Assembly: GCA_964546905.1 (NCBI GenBank)
Contig: CAZJKU010000002.1
Coordinates: forward strand, 52,896 to 116,895
Source: an uncultured Staphylococcus sp.
GTDB taxonomy: Bacteria > Bacteroidota > Bacteroidia > Bacteroidales > Muribaculaceae
Reading direction: 5' to 3'
Length of the DNA stretch: 64,000 nucleotides
Within the stretch, counting starts at the first letter, position 1. Every line of letters begins with the position of its first letter. Shown in pieces: positions 30,210 to 40,038 of this stretch. The notes below the pieces were generated by a model. It was not told where the DNA came from, searched no databases, and saw nothing but the letters and a program-made list of their open reading frames with translations. A program made the translations under genes and the position numbers.

Positions 30210-31262
30210 TTATTTTGGAAGATAATTATCATATTGGGGAAGGGCCGCGATCAGTTTTTCAACAGCCCGGGGAAGCGTGCCGTGAAACTCGCCACCGGCG
30301 GCATTGAGATGACCGCCGCCACCGAATTCCTGCTCGCAGATGCGGTTGACGGGAAAATCGCCCACCGAGCGCATCGACACCTTGACGAAATTCTCGGCAT
30401 CCTCGCGCATGTAGACCGAATACACTACTCCCGGAATACTCAGCGGGATATTGACGAGGCTCTCGGTGTCGCCCTTGGAGTAACCGAACTCGTCAAGTTC
30501 CTTGCGCGAGAGGGTGATGAGGGCGGCACGATGGCGCGGCAGCAACTCCATGCGGTAGCGGGCGTAGCCGCACAACCTGACGCGAGTCTCGCTGTTGGTG
30601 TTGCACACGAGGGTGTAGAGCCGGTCCTTGTCTATGCCCTTGCGCAGAAGGTCGGCGACTATCAGGTACAGGTCGGGGTCGTTGGAATTATAAGAGAAAT
30701 TGCCGGTATCGGTCATCATGCCGGTATAGATGCACGCCGCTCCGCTGCGGTTGAGGTAACGCGTGGCGCGCATCTGCCACAGGAGCAGATATACAAGCGC
30801 CGAGGTCGATGACACCTCGGGATGCGAGATCACCACCTCAGCTTCTATCACGGGGTCAAGGTGATGGTCCACGACCACACGGCGACCGCGGAACTTGCTT
30901 TCGATCACGGGAGCTAACTTGTCGACACGCTTAAGGTCATTGAAATCAAGGCAGAAAAGAAGATCGGCCTCAGCAAGGCGGGCTTCGGCGGTCTCTGGAC
31001 TCGAAGTAGCCACAAGCACATCCTTCATGCCGGGTAGAAACAGCAGCTGCCGCGAGGGACAGTCGGGAGTGATCACTACCGCATCCTTGCCCATAGCCCT
31101 GAGAGCCTGACATAATCCGAGCGATGAGCCTATTGCATCGCCGTCGGGGGTCAGGTGACAGGTGATCACGATGGATTTTGCCGCCAGGACGAGCGCGTGG
31201 ACGCGGTCTACGGCCTCGGGCGACAACTGAGTGTTGAAGCGGGGTGGTCTCTGTGGATTCAT
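30210..31262 (-). CDS. nrnA: DHH/DHHA1 phosphoesterase (NrnA oligoribonuclease/PAP phosphatase)
   Basis: HLTPDGDAIGS, VDHH, TDTGNF, GGGGHLNAAG. Confidence 0.88.
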   Translation of the reverse strand: MNPQRPPRFNTQLSPEAVDRVHALVLAAKSIVITCHLTPDGDAIGSSLGLCQALRAMGKDAVVITPDCPSRQLLFLPGMKDVLVATSSPETAEARLAEADLLFCLDFNDLKRVDKLAPVIESKFRGRRVVVDHHLDPVIEAEVVISHPEVSSTSALVYLLLWQMRATRYLNRSGAACIYTGMMTDTGNFSYNSNDPDLYLIVADLLRKGIDKDRLYTLVCNTNSETRVRLCGYARYRMELLPRHRAALITLSRKELDEFGYSKGDTESLVNIPLSIPGVVYSVYMREDAENFVKVSMRSVGDFPVNRICEQEFGGGGHLNAAGGEFHGTLPRAVEKLIAALPQYDNYLPK

Positions 31263-31419
31263 GACTGCAAAGTTACTGATTTTTCACCACAATATGAATC
31301 CGCTTGACATTTTTTAATGCCTGCAACCGCAATTACCTGTGCTGGCAATAAAAGGTCATCGGCAATCGCGAAGATTTGTTGGACAATCTTAATGCCCTAA
31401 TATACAATTACGGGAGCTG

Positions 31420-32466
31420 CTATGCGGCGCGGGATGACACTTTAGTGTCGAAAGCCGGGATGGCCGAGAGCCAGTCGAAGATGCGGCGGTAGAGCGGTAT
31501 GACGAGTCCGCGTGACGACAGGGTAAGGTCATGCAGTCCGCCCACTACCTTTACACAGGTAACGTCAGGCCCGAGCATCAGGCCATATTTGCGAATGTCA
31601 TTTACGTCGAGTACGCCATCGGCTTCGTTATGTTCCTCGGTCCAGTCACTTCCGTCTACACTCTCGGCTGAATACATCAGCAGGATGGGGACACGTATAT
31701 CGGCCTTGCCGTCGCGCAACGCTTTCTGGGCGAGAGTGATCGCGCGCACCCACCCAGCCGTGACGTCGGGCGACTGAGTCAGTTTCTTGTCAGTATCATA
31801 ATTCCATCGCCCATGATAGCGCGAGAGAAGGCTCTCGGCGTAGGCCTGCGAGGCCCCTTGAGGTATCTTCATGTTGGGAAACAGTTTCCCGAGAGCCGAA
31901 ACCGCCCAGATGATTTTTTCCTTCCAACCCAAGTTCCAGTCAAGGAACGGACTGTTGAGGATCAGAGCGTCAATGCTCCGCGCCGCCCGGCTCTTGCTCC
32001 GCGACATATAAAGTGCCGTGATGAGTCCACCGGTGGAGTGGCCCATCAGCACTATGCGCGAGATTCCGGAGCGTTCCATGTCGACAAGGGCTGAGTCGAT
32101 GTCAGGGAAATATTCCTCAAGGCTCCGGGCCTCATAGCGTTTCTGCCCGGGGAGGAGCGAGCGGCCATATTTGCGCAGGTCGACTGCGTAGAAATTATAA
32201 CCGTGAGAGGCAAATTCATCGCCCATCTCGGTATTGAAAAAGTAGTCGTTGAACCCGTGCACATAGAGCACTCCCGGCTTGTCGGGGTCGGGCGTACCCT
32301 TGCGGATGATCGTGGACACGACTTTACCGGAATAGTCGTCGGGGTGGATTACTGTGCGGCGGAAATAGGTGGAATCGGTATCGGCCGCATCAGAAGTCCA
32401 CAGTCCCGCCGCTGACCGCAACGGCCACAGCAGGACTGCAATGAGTATCAGATGAAAGTGTTTCAT
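31420..32466 (-). CDS. Secreted alpha/beta hydrolase (lysophospholipase-like)
   Basis: HGFNDYF, GHSTGG, GGLHD; signal peptide. Confidence 0.88.
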   Translation of the reverse strand: MKHFHLILIAVLLWPLRSAAGLWTSDAADTDSTYFRRTVIHPDDYSGKVVSTIIRKGTPDPDKPGVLYVHGFNDYFFNTEMGDEFASHGYNFYAVDLRKYGRSLLPGQKRYEARSLEEYFPDIDSALVDMERSGISRIVLMGHSTGGLITALYMSRSKSRAARSIDALILNSPFLDWNLGWKEKIIWAVSALGKLFPNMKIPQGASQAYAESLLSRYHGRWNYDTDKKLTQSPDVTAGWVRAITLAQKALRDGKADIRVPILLMYSAESVDGSDWTEEHNEADGVLDVNDIRKYGLMLGPDVTCVKVVGGLHDLTLSSRGLVIPLYRRIFDWLSAIPAFDTKVSSRAA

Positions 32467-33101
32467 TTCATGTTGGAGTATTGCGGAAGGACTGGCACGG
32501 GGAATCGCGAGAAGAGCGTCTGCACTGCCTCGGCTATACCCTTGAGGTTGCGGAACTGGCTGTCGCCGTTTTCAAGAATAGTGGCGACCGAGGCCGAGAA
32601 AAGTGCCTCTTTCTTGACGGTGTTGACCATATCCATCGTCAGCACACCTTCTTTATATATTCCGGTGATAACCTGGGCATTGGAATAATAATTGTAGTCA
32701 TAGCCGGGCCAGTAGTAACCGCGCGGATACATGAACCACGGGCCATAACCCTGATAATAAGGACCTGCGTATGGATAAGGCGCGCCCGGCGGGATAGCGG
32801 GAGCGGTAGCGATCTGCTGGCTTACTGTCAGGCCTATATTGATGAGAAGGGGTGAAGACGGATCTTCGGTGTAACCACGCTCCACCATCTGCTCGCGTAT
32901 GGCGGCTGCAATGTTGTAGTAAGTCACCATGGTCATGGTGGGAGGAAGATTTTCGGCATCGGGGGTGACGATGCGGAATGTCTTGTACTCTGCCAGGTTG
33001 GCATCGTTATAAGTCGTGCTGCTGACAAGCGAGAACGGGGAGCAACCGCTCAGCAGGAGCATCACCAGTGCCAGGACGCTGAAAGGGAGAATCTTTTTCA
33101 T
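32463..33101 (-). CDS. DUF4136-like lipoprotein
   Basis: Lipobox LSGC; Y/P/G-rich loop; YKEGVLTMDMV. Confidence 0.8.
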   Translation of the reverse strand: MKKILPFSVLALVMLLLSGCSPFSLVSSTTYNDANLAEYKTFRIVTPDAENLPPTMTMVTYYNIAAAIREQMVERGYTEDPSSPLLINIGLTVSQQIATAPAIPPGAPYPYAGPYYQGYGPWFMYPRGYYWPGYDYNYYSNAQVITGIYKEGVLTMDMVNTVKKEALFSASVATILENGDSQFRNLKGIAEAVQTLFSRFPVPVLPQYSNMK

Positions 33102-33176
33102 AATTCTTCGGGAGGGATATTGAAGCGTGAATACTGTTAATTTATAACATATAAACACGCGACTCCCCCGAAAAGT

Positions 33177-34559
33177 TTACGCGAAAAGATTGCGGAAAAG
33201 TTCGTCGACCTTACCCACTTCAACCACTTTCATGGTATCACCGGCCGGTAGTTCTATACCCTTAAGATTGCCGCGCGGTATGTATAGCGTGGTGATTCCG
33301 AGTTTGCGGGCCTCGCTGATACGCTGCTCTATGCGGGTCACGGGACGGATCTCGCCCGACAGCCCCACTTCACCACACATGGCCGTATGGGCAGGGAGGG
33401 GCATATCGACATTGCTCGAAAGGATGGCGCAGATCACGGCCAAGTCAAGGGCCGGATCATTCACCTTCAGGCCACCGGCGATGTTGAGGAACACGTCTTT
33501 CTGGGCGAGCTTGAAGCCTACCCGCTTTTCCATCACGGCAAGGAGCATGTTCATGCGCTTGGCGTCAAATCCGGTTACCGACCGCTGCGGAGTGCCGTAG
33601 GCCGCCGTGCTGACCAGGGCCTGAACCTCGATCAGAAAAGCGCGGATTCCTTCCATGGTGACTCCGACAGCCACCCCCGACAGCTCGGTATCACTCATTG
33701 TGTAGAGCATCTCGGAGGGATTGGTGACCTCGCGCAATCCGCGGCGGCACATCTCGTAGATCCCTAACTCAGAGGTCGAGCCGAAGCGGTTCTTGATCGA
33801 GCGGAGGATGCGGTAGAGATGGCGGTTGTCGCCCTCAAACTGCAGCACCGCGTCGACGATATGTTCAAGTACCTTCGGTCCGGCAAGTGAGCCTTCCTTA
33901 TTGATATGGCCGATGAGGATTACCGGCACGCCTGATTCCTTGGCATACCTGAGGAGCTGCGACGCACACTCGCGCACCTGCGACACGCTGCCGGGCGACG
34001 ACTCGATGTCGCCCGACGCAATGGTCTGAATCGAGTCGATGATAAGTATACCAGGGTCGACCCGCCCGATGTGATGGAAGATATTTTCGAGCGAGGTCTC
34101 GCAGGCGATAAACACATTGTCGCTCGGACGGCCGATGCGGTCAGCGCGCATCTTTATCTGCCTCGCGCTTTCCTCACCAGATATATATAGGATGCGCCGC
34201 GACTTGATCGACAGGATGTTCTGGAGCACGAGAGTGGACTTTCCTATTCCCGGCTCGCCTCCGATAAGCACCATCGACCCTTCCACTAGGCCGCCGCCGA
34301 GCACCCGGTTGAGTTCTACGCTCGGCATCCTGATGCGCGTCTCCTCGGTAGTCTCGATACTCGAAACCGGGGTAGGGACCGACTGCGGCGCCACTCCCCC
34401 GCCCTTTCTTGATGCGGGAGAGGAGCCGGCGCGGGTGGCGGGAATTTTTTCTTCCACGATAGTGTTCCACTCGCCGCACGCCGGACACCGGCCCTCCCAC
34501 TTGGAGGTCTCGTTACCACATGCTGTACAGAACCATGCTGATGTGCGGATCTTAGCCAT
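33177..34559 (-). CDS. radA: DNA repair protein RadA/Sms
   Basis: CTACG..CPAC zinc finger, GEPGIGKS, KNRFG. Confidence 0.98.
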   Translation of the reverse strand: MAKIRTSAWFCTACGNETSKWEGRCPACGEWNTIVEEKIPATRAGSSPASRKGGGVAPQSVPTPVSSIETTEETRIRMPSVELNRVLGGGLVEGSMVLIGGEPGIGKSTLVLQNILSIKSRRILYISGEESARQIKMRADRIGRPSDNVFIACETSLENIFHHIGRVDPGILIIDSIQTIASGDIESSPGSVSQVRECASQLLRYAKESGVPVILIGHINKEGSLAGPKVLEHIVDAVLQFEGDNRHLYRILRSIKNRFGSTSELGIYEMCRRGLREVTNPSEMLYTMSDTELSGVAVGVTMEGIRAFLIEVQALVSTAAYGTPQRSVTGFDAKRMNMLLAVMEKRVGFKLAQKDVFLNIAGGLKVNDPALDLAVICAILSSNVDMPLPAHTAMCGEVGLSGEIRPVTRIEQRISEARKLGITTLYIPRGNLKGIELPAGDTMKVVEVGKVDELFRNLFA

Positions 34560-35334
34560 AAGTTTTTCTTCTACGGAATTCTGCCACAATGATCGAAGCC
34601 GCTACGGCGGCATTGAGCGACTCGCCCTGACATCCCGCCGCGGCATAAGACGGGATCGTGATCCTGCGCGTGACAGCCGCGGCTACTGCCGGACTTATGC
34701 CCTTGCCTTCGTTGCCTATCACGATTACGCCGCCCGCAGTAAGTGGCGATGTGTAAAGGTTTTCGCCGTCAAGAAACGTCCCGTATACCTCCGTGCCTTC
34801 AATCCGGCCGAGGGCGGTCGGCAAGTCGCAGTAAGTCACGCTGACATGGGCGATGGCTCCCATAGTTCCCTGCACCACCTTGGGATTGAACACGTCGACA
34901 CACTCGCGTGAGCACCAGATTTCAGTTATTCCCATCCACGCGGCCATGCGCATCACCGTGCCCATGTTTCCCGGATCACGCAGATCGTCGAGCGCGAGTA
35001 TCAGCTGCCCGGCAGCGGGGAGTGGAGGCAATTCGTCACGATTGACCAAGGGGAGACGGTACACGGCAATTATGTCGCGCGGAGTGGTGAGCGAGGTCAT
35101 CCTTTCGAGGTCGGCCCGCGAGCAGGGAATGATGCGGTCGGCAACCTCGGGAAACCTCCCGGCCACCTCTTCCACACTTCCCTTGGCAACCATCAGATAG
35201 ACAGGGTCAAAGTGCCCAATGGTCTCCTCGACTATTTTCATGCCCTCGGCCTTGAACAGGCCGCTGTCGCGCCTGTGGCGGGCATCGTCGAGCGAGGCCG
35301 TCAGTTTGCGCATGGCATTGGTCAGTTCGATCAT
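34552..35334 (-). CDS. TrmH family (SPOUT) RNA methyltransferase
   Basis: DPGNMGTVMR, IGNEGKGIS, ESLNAAVA. Confidence 0.92.
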   Translation of the reverse strand: MIELTNAMRKLTASLDDARHRRDSGLFKAEGMKIVEETIGHFDPVYLMVAKGSVEEVAGRFPEVADRIIPCSRADLERMTSLTTPRDIIAVYRLPLVNRDELPPLPAAGQLILALDDLRDPGNMGTVMRMAAWMGITEIWCSRECVDVFNPKVVQGTMGAIAHVSVTYCDLPTALGRIEGTEVYGTFLDGENLYTSPLTAGGVIVIGNEGKGISPAVAAAVTRRITIPSYAAAGCQGESLNAAVAASIIVAEFRRRKTYG

Positions 35335-35414
35335 ACTTTATTATATAAGAAAAGGGAGAACCGTCGCCACGGGACCCGGGCGTCGCTTCTCCCTGAATTT
35401 ATCAAACCAATAGA

Positions 35415-36767
35415 TTATTCAGCGGTAGCCTCGGGATTTACCATAGCCTTGAACTCATCGAGAGTCTTGGCCTCGCGGTCGAGGGTGATGGCTTCTTCGA
35501 TTGCGGTGTAGAGCTTGGAGTTGAGCACCTGATCGAAGATGCGGTTGCGGGTTTCCTTGTTTTCAAGCTGCTCCTTGGCATACTTGGTAAGCACTTCGTC
35601 GTCGAGGCCCTGGAGACCATACTGGGCAAACTGACGGGCAGCCATGAACTTGGTGAGGTCGATCATCTCCTGCTCGTCAACCTTGATTCCGAAGAGATCC
35701 ACGAGATTGGACTCGATGACTTCGTGAGTGATGAACTTGCGGTTGGCTTCAAAAGCAGCTTCGGGATCCTCAGCGTCGGCAAAGAAGATTTTCTTGATGG
35801 TTTCCTTGGGAAGCTCAATATTCTCATACTTTTTCATCATCTCTTCCTCAAACTTGTTGCGGAAATAGATGTGGCTGTTACCGGCGAGCTCGTTTTCGAT
35901 CATCTTCTTGATCTCGGCGCGGTACTCTTCTTCGTTGTGAACCTTGTCGGGACCAAACACGCTGTTGTAGAGCTCTTCACCGAGTTCGGCGGGGATGTTG
36001 ACGATCACTTCCGATACGGTCATCTCGAAGTTATCCTTCATGTCGGCAGCGATAGCCTTGTCGATACCGAGCATCGATGCGATCTCGGCAGCGTCGCCAC
36101 CGGCTGCGGCATAGGGGTTGAACACGACCTTGTCGCCGGGCTTGCAGTCGGCAAACTTGGCAGTCTGCTCCTTGTCCTTGAAATAGAGGGGGAACACGAT
36201 GCCGTTGGTCATCTGGATTGCGCCTTCGTTGGTGTTGATGTTGCCCTCGGCGTCAAGCTGCATGATCGAGCCTTTCACCACGCCGTCTTCCACCATCTTC
36301 TCGCCGGGTTCCTGCTTGCCGAAACGCTTGCGGAAAGCCTTGTCCTGCTCGTCGACCATCTCGTCGCTTACAGTGATGTCGTAGAACGGGAAGTGGAACT
36401 CCTTGTCGAGCTTGATGTCGAGCTTGGGGAGAAGGGCGAGATCGTAGGCAAACTGCTGGTCGCCTTCCATGACCACTTCCTTAACCTCCACGGGCAGGGG
36501 ATGACCCATCACGCGGAGTTCGTTTTCCTTAATATAATCGAGGATGGCACGGTAGACCACGTCGTTCATCACGTCGGTGGCAACCTGCTTGCCGAAACGG
36601 CGCTTCAGTTCGCCGAAAGGTACGTGACCCTTGCGGAAGCCGGGCAGAGCGTGGGTGCGGCCTATTTCTTTAATCTTTTTGGTTACTTCGTCCTTGTAGT
36701 CATTTTCAGCAACGTCCACGGTAAGACGTACATCTACCGGGCTGATGTCTTGACGGGAAATATTCAT
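35415..36767 (-). CDS. tig: Trigger factor
   Basis: PGFRKGHVP ribosome-binding signature. Confidence 0.95.
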   Translation of the reverse strand: MNISRQDISPVDVRLTVDVAENDYKDEVTKKIKEIGRTHALPGFRKGHVPFGELKRRFGKQVATDVMNDVVYRAILDYIKENELRVMGHPLPVEVKEVVMEGDQQFAYDLALLPKLDIKLDKEFHFPFYDITVSDEMVDEQDKAFRKRFGKQEPGEKMVEDGVVKGSIMQLDAEGNINTNEGAIQMTNGIVFPLYFKDKEQTAKFADCKPGDKVVFNPYAAAGGDAAEIASMLGIDKAIAADMKDNFEMTVSEVIVNIPAELGEELYNSVFGPDKVHNEEEYRAEIKKMIENELAGNSHIYFRNKFEEEMMKKYENIELPKETIKKIFFADAEDPEAAFEANRKFITHEVIESNLVDLFGIKVDEQEMIDLTKFMAARQFAQYGLQGLDDEVLTKYAKEQLENKETRNRIFDQVLNSKLYTAIEEAITLDREAKTLDEFKAMVNPEATAE

Positions 36768-36995
36768 TTTACTGATATTTAGATTGTTATTGTTATATTC
36801 TTGTCTTTACCGGGCGCAGTGCGCTCTTATCAAGGTGCAAATTTACAAATTTTTCGACAAAATATGACTACCGCGCCGAACTTTTTAATCCCAATCCTTG
36901 TAATATGAATATATCCGGTCAAATCCGTCATGGATGAAAGGATTAATTACTATCTTTGCAAAAATTAATTAAATTAACATAAACCACTATTTGAA

Positions 36996-37697
36996 ATGAA
37001 AAGTATCAAGTTTTACGGCCTCTCAGGTCTCGCAGCGCTCATGCTGCTCTCAACAGGTTGCTCCTCGATGACCAACACCGGTAAAGGTGCCCTCATTGGC
37101 GGCGGTGGCGGTACTGCCCTCGGCGCCGGACTCGGCGCCCTCATTGGCGGCGGTAAAGGTGCCGGAATTGGCGCTGCGATAGGCGCAGCCGTGGGTGCAG
37201 GAGCCGGCGCTCTCATCGGCAACAAGATGGACAAGCAGGAGAAGGAACTCAAGGCTCAGCTCGCCGAGCAGGCCAAGGTCGAGCAAGTGACCGATTCCAA
37301 CGGATTGCAGGCCATCAAGGTGACATTTGACGGCGGAATCCTCTTCCCCACCAACGGCACCACCCTCAGCGCCCACGCCAAGGAAGATCTTACCGCTTTC
37401 GCTTCCAACCTTATCAGCAATCCCGGCACCGACGTTCAGATCAAGGGATTTACCGATGATACCGGCACACTGGCCGTGAACGAGCGTGTGGCCACAGGTC
37501 GCGCCGATGCAGTACGCAACTTCCTACTCAACAGCGGAGTAGCTGCAAGCCGTCTTTCAGCCGAAGGTCTCCCCATGCAGGACTATGTGGCTTCCAACGC
37601 TACCCCCGAGGGTCGCGCACAGAACCGCCGCGTGGAAATCTACATCACGGCAAGCAAGGAAATGATCGATCAGGCCAACGCCGGCACTCTTAAATAA
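36996..37697 (+). CDS. OmpA-family lipoprotein with glycine zipper
   Basis: Lipobox STGC; Gly-zipper; GFTDDTG..RADAV..NRRVEI. Confidence 0.93.
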   Translation: MKSIKFYGLSGLAALMLLSTGCSSMTNTGKGALIGGGGGTALGAGLGALIGGGKGAGIGAAIGAAVGAGAGALIGNKMDKQEKELKAQLAEQAKVEQVTDSNGLQAIKVTFDGGILFPTNGTTLSAHAKEDLTAFASNLISNPGTDVQIKGFTDDTGTLAVNERVATGRADAVRNFLLNSGVAASRLSAEGLPMQDYVASNATPEGRAQNRRVEIYITASKEMIDQANAGTLK

Positions 37698-37751
37698 AAT
37701 TTGCTTCACGCCGGACTGAAAGTTAACGAAAATCATCTTTCTCAATATACG

Positions 37752-37784
37752 TCACGGCTCGCGACAATAACCCGCGAGCCGTGA
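37752..37784 (+). terminator. Hairpin/terminator after ompA
   Basis: 12-bp stem TCACGGCTCGCG/CGCGAGCCGTGA followed by a T-rich tract. Confidence 0.75.
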
Positions 37785-37808
37785 TTCATTTATTCATTTC
37801 TTACCTAT

Positions 37809-38456
37809 ATGGCAAAATCGAAAACCCTGTTATGGGGCTTCATAGACAAGGATGGTAATTACGCCGTCCAACCGCAATATGACGGCGCCGGTGACTTCAG
37901 CGAAGGACTCGCCGCCGTGAAGACCGACTGGCGGCGGGGTTACATCGACCGCGATGGTAACGTGGTTATCGAACTCCGGTTTCAAGGTGTCGGAAGTTTC
38001 CGCGACGGGCTTGCCCCGGCCATGACCGACGACAAGTGGGGCTACATCAACCGCGAGGGCGCGTATGTGATACCTCCTGCCTACGACAAGGCTTGGGACT
38101 TCGACCGCGGCGTAGCAATGGTATATGTCGACGGCGAAACCTTCTATATTGACAGGGACGGGAACAGAACCGATGCTCCGGCTCCTGAAGAACTGCCATC
38201 GACGGGCACCCTGTCGCCTGTGGTGATCGACGGAAAAACCGGATATGCCGACGAAGCCGGGACCGTAGTCATCCCGCCCAAATATGTCGAAGCATGTCCT
38301 TTCAGCGAGGAGCTTGCCCGGGTGCGCTCGGGCGCGACATCCAAGTGGATGTATATCAATGAAGCAGGCAAACCGGCCTTCAAGGAAAAATTCAAGGGCG
38401 CGGGTGACTTTCACGAAGGGCTCGCCAGGGTGCTGGTGGAGCTGACAAAGGATTAA
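37809..38456 (+). CDS. WG-repeat (KWG) protein
   Basis: Repeated WGFID/WGYIN..F.EGLA.V units. Confidence 0.9.
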   Translation: MAKSKTLLWGFIDKDGNYAVQPQYDGAGDFSEGLAAVKTDWRRGYIDRDGNVVIELRFQGVGSFRDGLAPAMTDDKWGYINREGAYVIPPAYDKAWDFDRGVAMVYVDGETFYIDRDGNRTDAPAPEELPSTGTLSPVVIDGKTGYADEAGTVVIPPKYVEACPFSEELARVRSGATSKWMYINEAGKPAFKEKFKGAGDFHEGLARVLVELTKD

Positions 38457-38653
38457 CCTCCGTAAAAGGCTTTGATGACCGTCACCGTGTCGCCGTCGGC
38501 AAGCTGATATGATTCGCGGTTTGCGGCGGGAATCACCTTGCCGTTGACGGCGGTGGCAATTCCCTGTGGAGCAACACCATGAGCCGCAAGAGCTTCGGCG
38601 AGCGAAGTCCCGGCGGCTACCTCTATTTCCTTATTATTGATCTTCACTTTCAT
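38453..38653 (-). CDS. thiS: Sulfur carrier protein ThiS
   Basis: 66 aa, ubiquitin-like; IATAVN; C-terminal AFYGG. Confidence 0.93.
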   Translation of the reverse strand: MKVKINNKEIEVAAGTSLAEALAAHGVAPQGIATAVNGKVIPAANRESYQLADGDTVTVIKAFYGG

Positions 38654-39479
38654 AGATGCGTAGTCTTGATGGTGAATAAAAATGATTTACCGGGCCGTGT
38701 CCCGATCCAATTGTCACACCGGCTCCGGCCGTCAGGGCTTCGTTGACATATTTCTTGGCCAGCTTTACCGCCGTGACCAAATCGTTGCCCAGGGCGGCGT
38801 ATGATGCTATCGCAGCCGAGAGGGTGCAACCGGTTCCGTGGGTGTTGACCGTCACCACTGCGGGCGACGACAAAGCCAACACCTGCGGCTGACCATCCCC
38901 CGAGGTAACGAAAAAGTCAGTCTTGACCTCTCCGGTATCGGAATCTCCGCCCTTCAGCAGAAAATTACCGCACGATAATAGCCTGAGCTTCAGCAGCTGC
39001 TCTTCAAGAGTCACAGCCCCGCCGGTCAAGCGGCGCGTTTCGGCAACGTTGGGCGTGATCAGCGTGGCAAGTGGAAACAGCCGTTCCTGCATCGTGGCGA
39101 TTGCATCGTCATCTATCAGCTGAGCGCCCGAAGTTGACAGCATCACGGGGTCAATTATGACAGGAGTGTCGGGGTGGACGGTCAGGAAATCACGCAACGC
39201 ACGGTCAACCGCCTCAACGGTAGGGACATCATTGAGCATCCCGATTTTGACAGATAGAGGCGGGATATCGTCGCACACCGCCCTGATCTGCCCTTCAACC
39301 ACCGATGGAGGAACAGGCGAAACCGCCCTTACCTCCCCGGTATTCTGCACCGTAATGGCTGTAATGGCCGACATCCCGTAGCACCCTAAGGCTGAGAAAG
39401 TCTTAAGATCGGCCTGTATACCGGCTCCTCCCGATGGATCCGATCCGGCTATGGTCAATACCGGGTAATAACGTTTCAT
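38634..39479 (-). CDS. thiD: Hydroxymethylpyrimidine/phosphomethylpyrimidine kinase
   Basis: TIAGSDPSGGAGIQADLKTF, HGTGCTLS. Confidence 0.96.
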   Translation of the reverse strand: MKRYYPVLTIAGSDPSGGAGIQADLKTFSALGCYGMSAITAITVQNTGEVRAVSPVPPSVVEGQIRAVCDDIPPLSVKIGMLNDVPTVEAVDRALRDFLTVHPDTPVIIDPVMLSTSGAQLIDDDAIATMQERLFPLATLITPNVAETRRLTGGAVTLEEQLLKLRLLSCGNFLLKGGDSDTGEVKTDFFVTSGDGQPQVLALSSPAVVTVNTHGTGCTLSAAIASYAALGNDLVTAVKLAKKYVNEALTAGAGVTIGSGHGPVNHFYSPSRLRIYESEDQ

Positions 39480-39494
39480 AGATTCCGGTAAAAA

Positions 39495-39528
39495 TAAAAA
39501 AAGCTGGTCACCAAATGGCAATCAGCTT
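39495..39528 (-). terminator. Terminator between the lipoprotein gene and thiD
   Basis: Minus strand AAGCTGATTGCCA-TT-TGGTGACCAGCTT followed by a T-run. Confidence 0.7.
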
Positions 39529-39588
39529 GATTTTCCTTTTGTGTTGACGGTGTATAAACCGAAAATTTCGCGATTGGATTACTCGAAA

Positions 39589-39786
39589 TTATTCATTAAC
39601 AACTGCAGAGTCAGCGGGAGCTACGGAGTCAGCAGCGAGAGTGTCAACAACAGCAACTTCTTCAACTACAGTTTCAACAACAGCAGCAGTGTCAGCAGCG
39701 TTATCGGTAGCCTCAGCAGACTTGTGACCGCAAGAGTAGAGAGATGCGCTGAAAGCAACAGCGAGTAAGAGAACTAACTTTTTCAT
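39589..39786 (-). CDS. Small acidic lipoprotein
   Basis: MKKLVLLLAVAFSASLYSC lipobox; A/V/D/E-rich body; upstream TACCTTTG box. Confidence 0.8.
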   Translation of the reverse strand: MKKLVLLLAVAFSASLYSCGHKSAEATDNAADTAAVVETVVEEVAVVDTLAADSVAPADSAVVNE

Positions 39787-39980
39787 TTTTTCTTAGAAAT
39801 TTATAAATAAATAAAAAATAATTTTTTGCTCTAAAACGTCGCAAAGGTATAACAAAAAACTGACATACCAAAAAAATATTCAGTTTTTTTCTCAAAATTC
39901 GCAGGTTTTAGTGAAAATATGCAAATTTTTGTATTTAAATCCATCGATTTTTAACAACCGTAGGGCATTTTCATCCGAAA

Positions 39981-40020
39981 TATCAGGGCCGGTACCCTTT
40001 TTCAGATACCGGCCCTGATA
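39981..40020. terminator. Hairpin terminator after the amylase gene
   Basis: 14-bp stem TATCAGGGCCGGTA/TACCGGCCCTGATA. Confidence 0.75.
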
Positions 40021-40038
40021 ATGAAGTATAATACGCGA

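Noticed and set aside
39480-39588. TPP riboswitch upstream of thiD
   Set aside because: No CTGAGA core or aptamer fold visible; only a terminator
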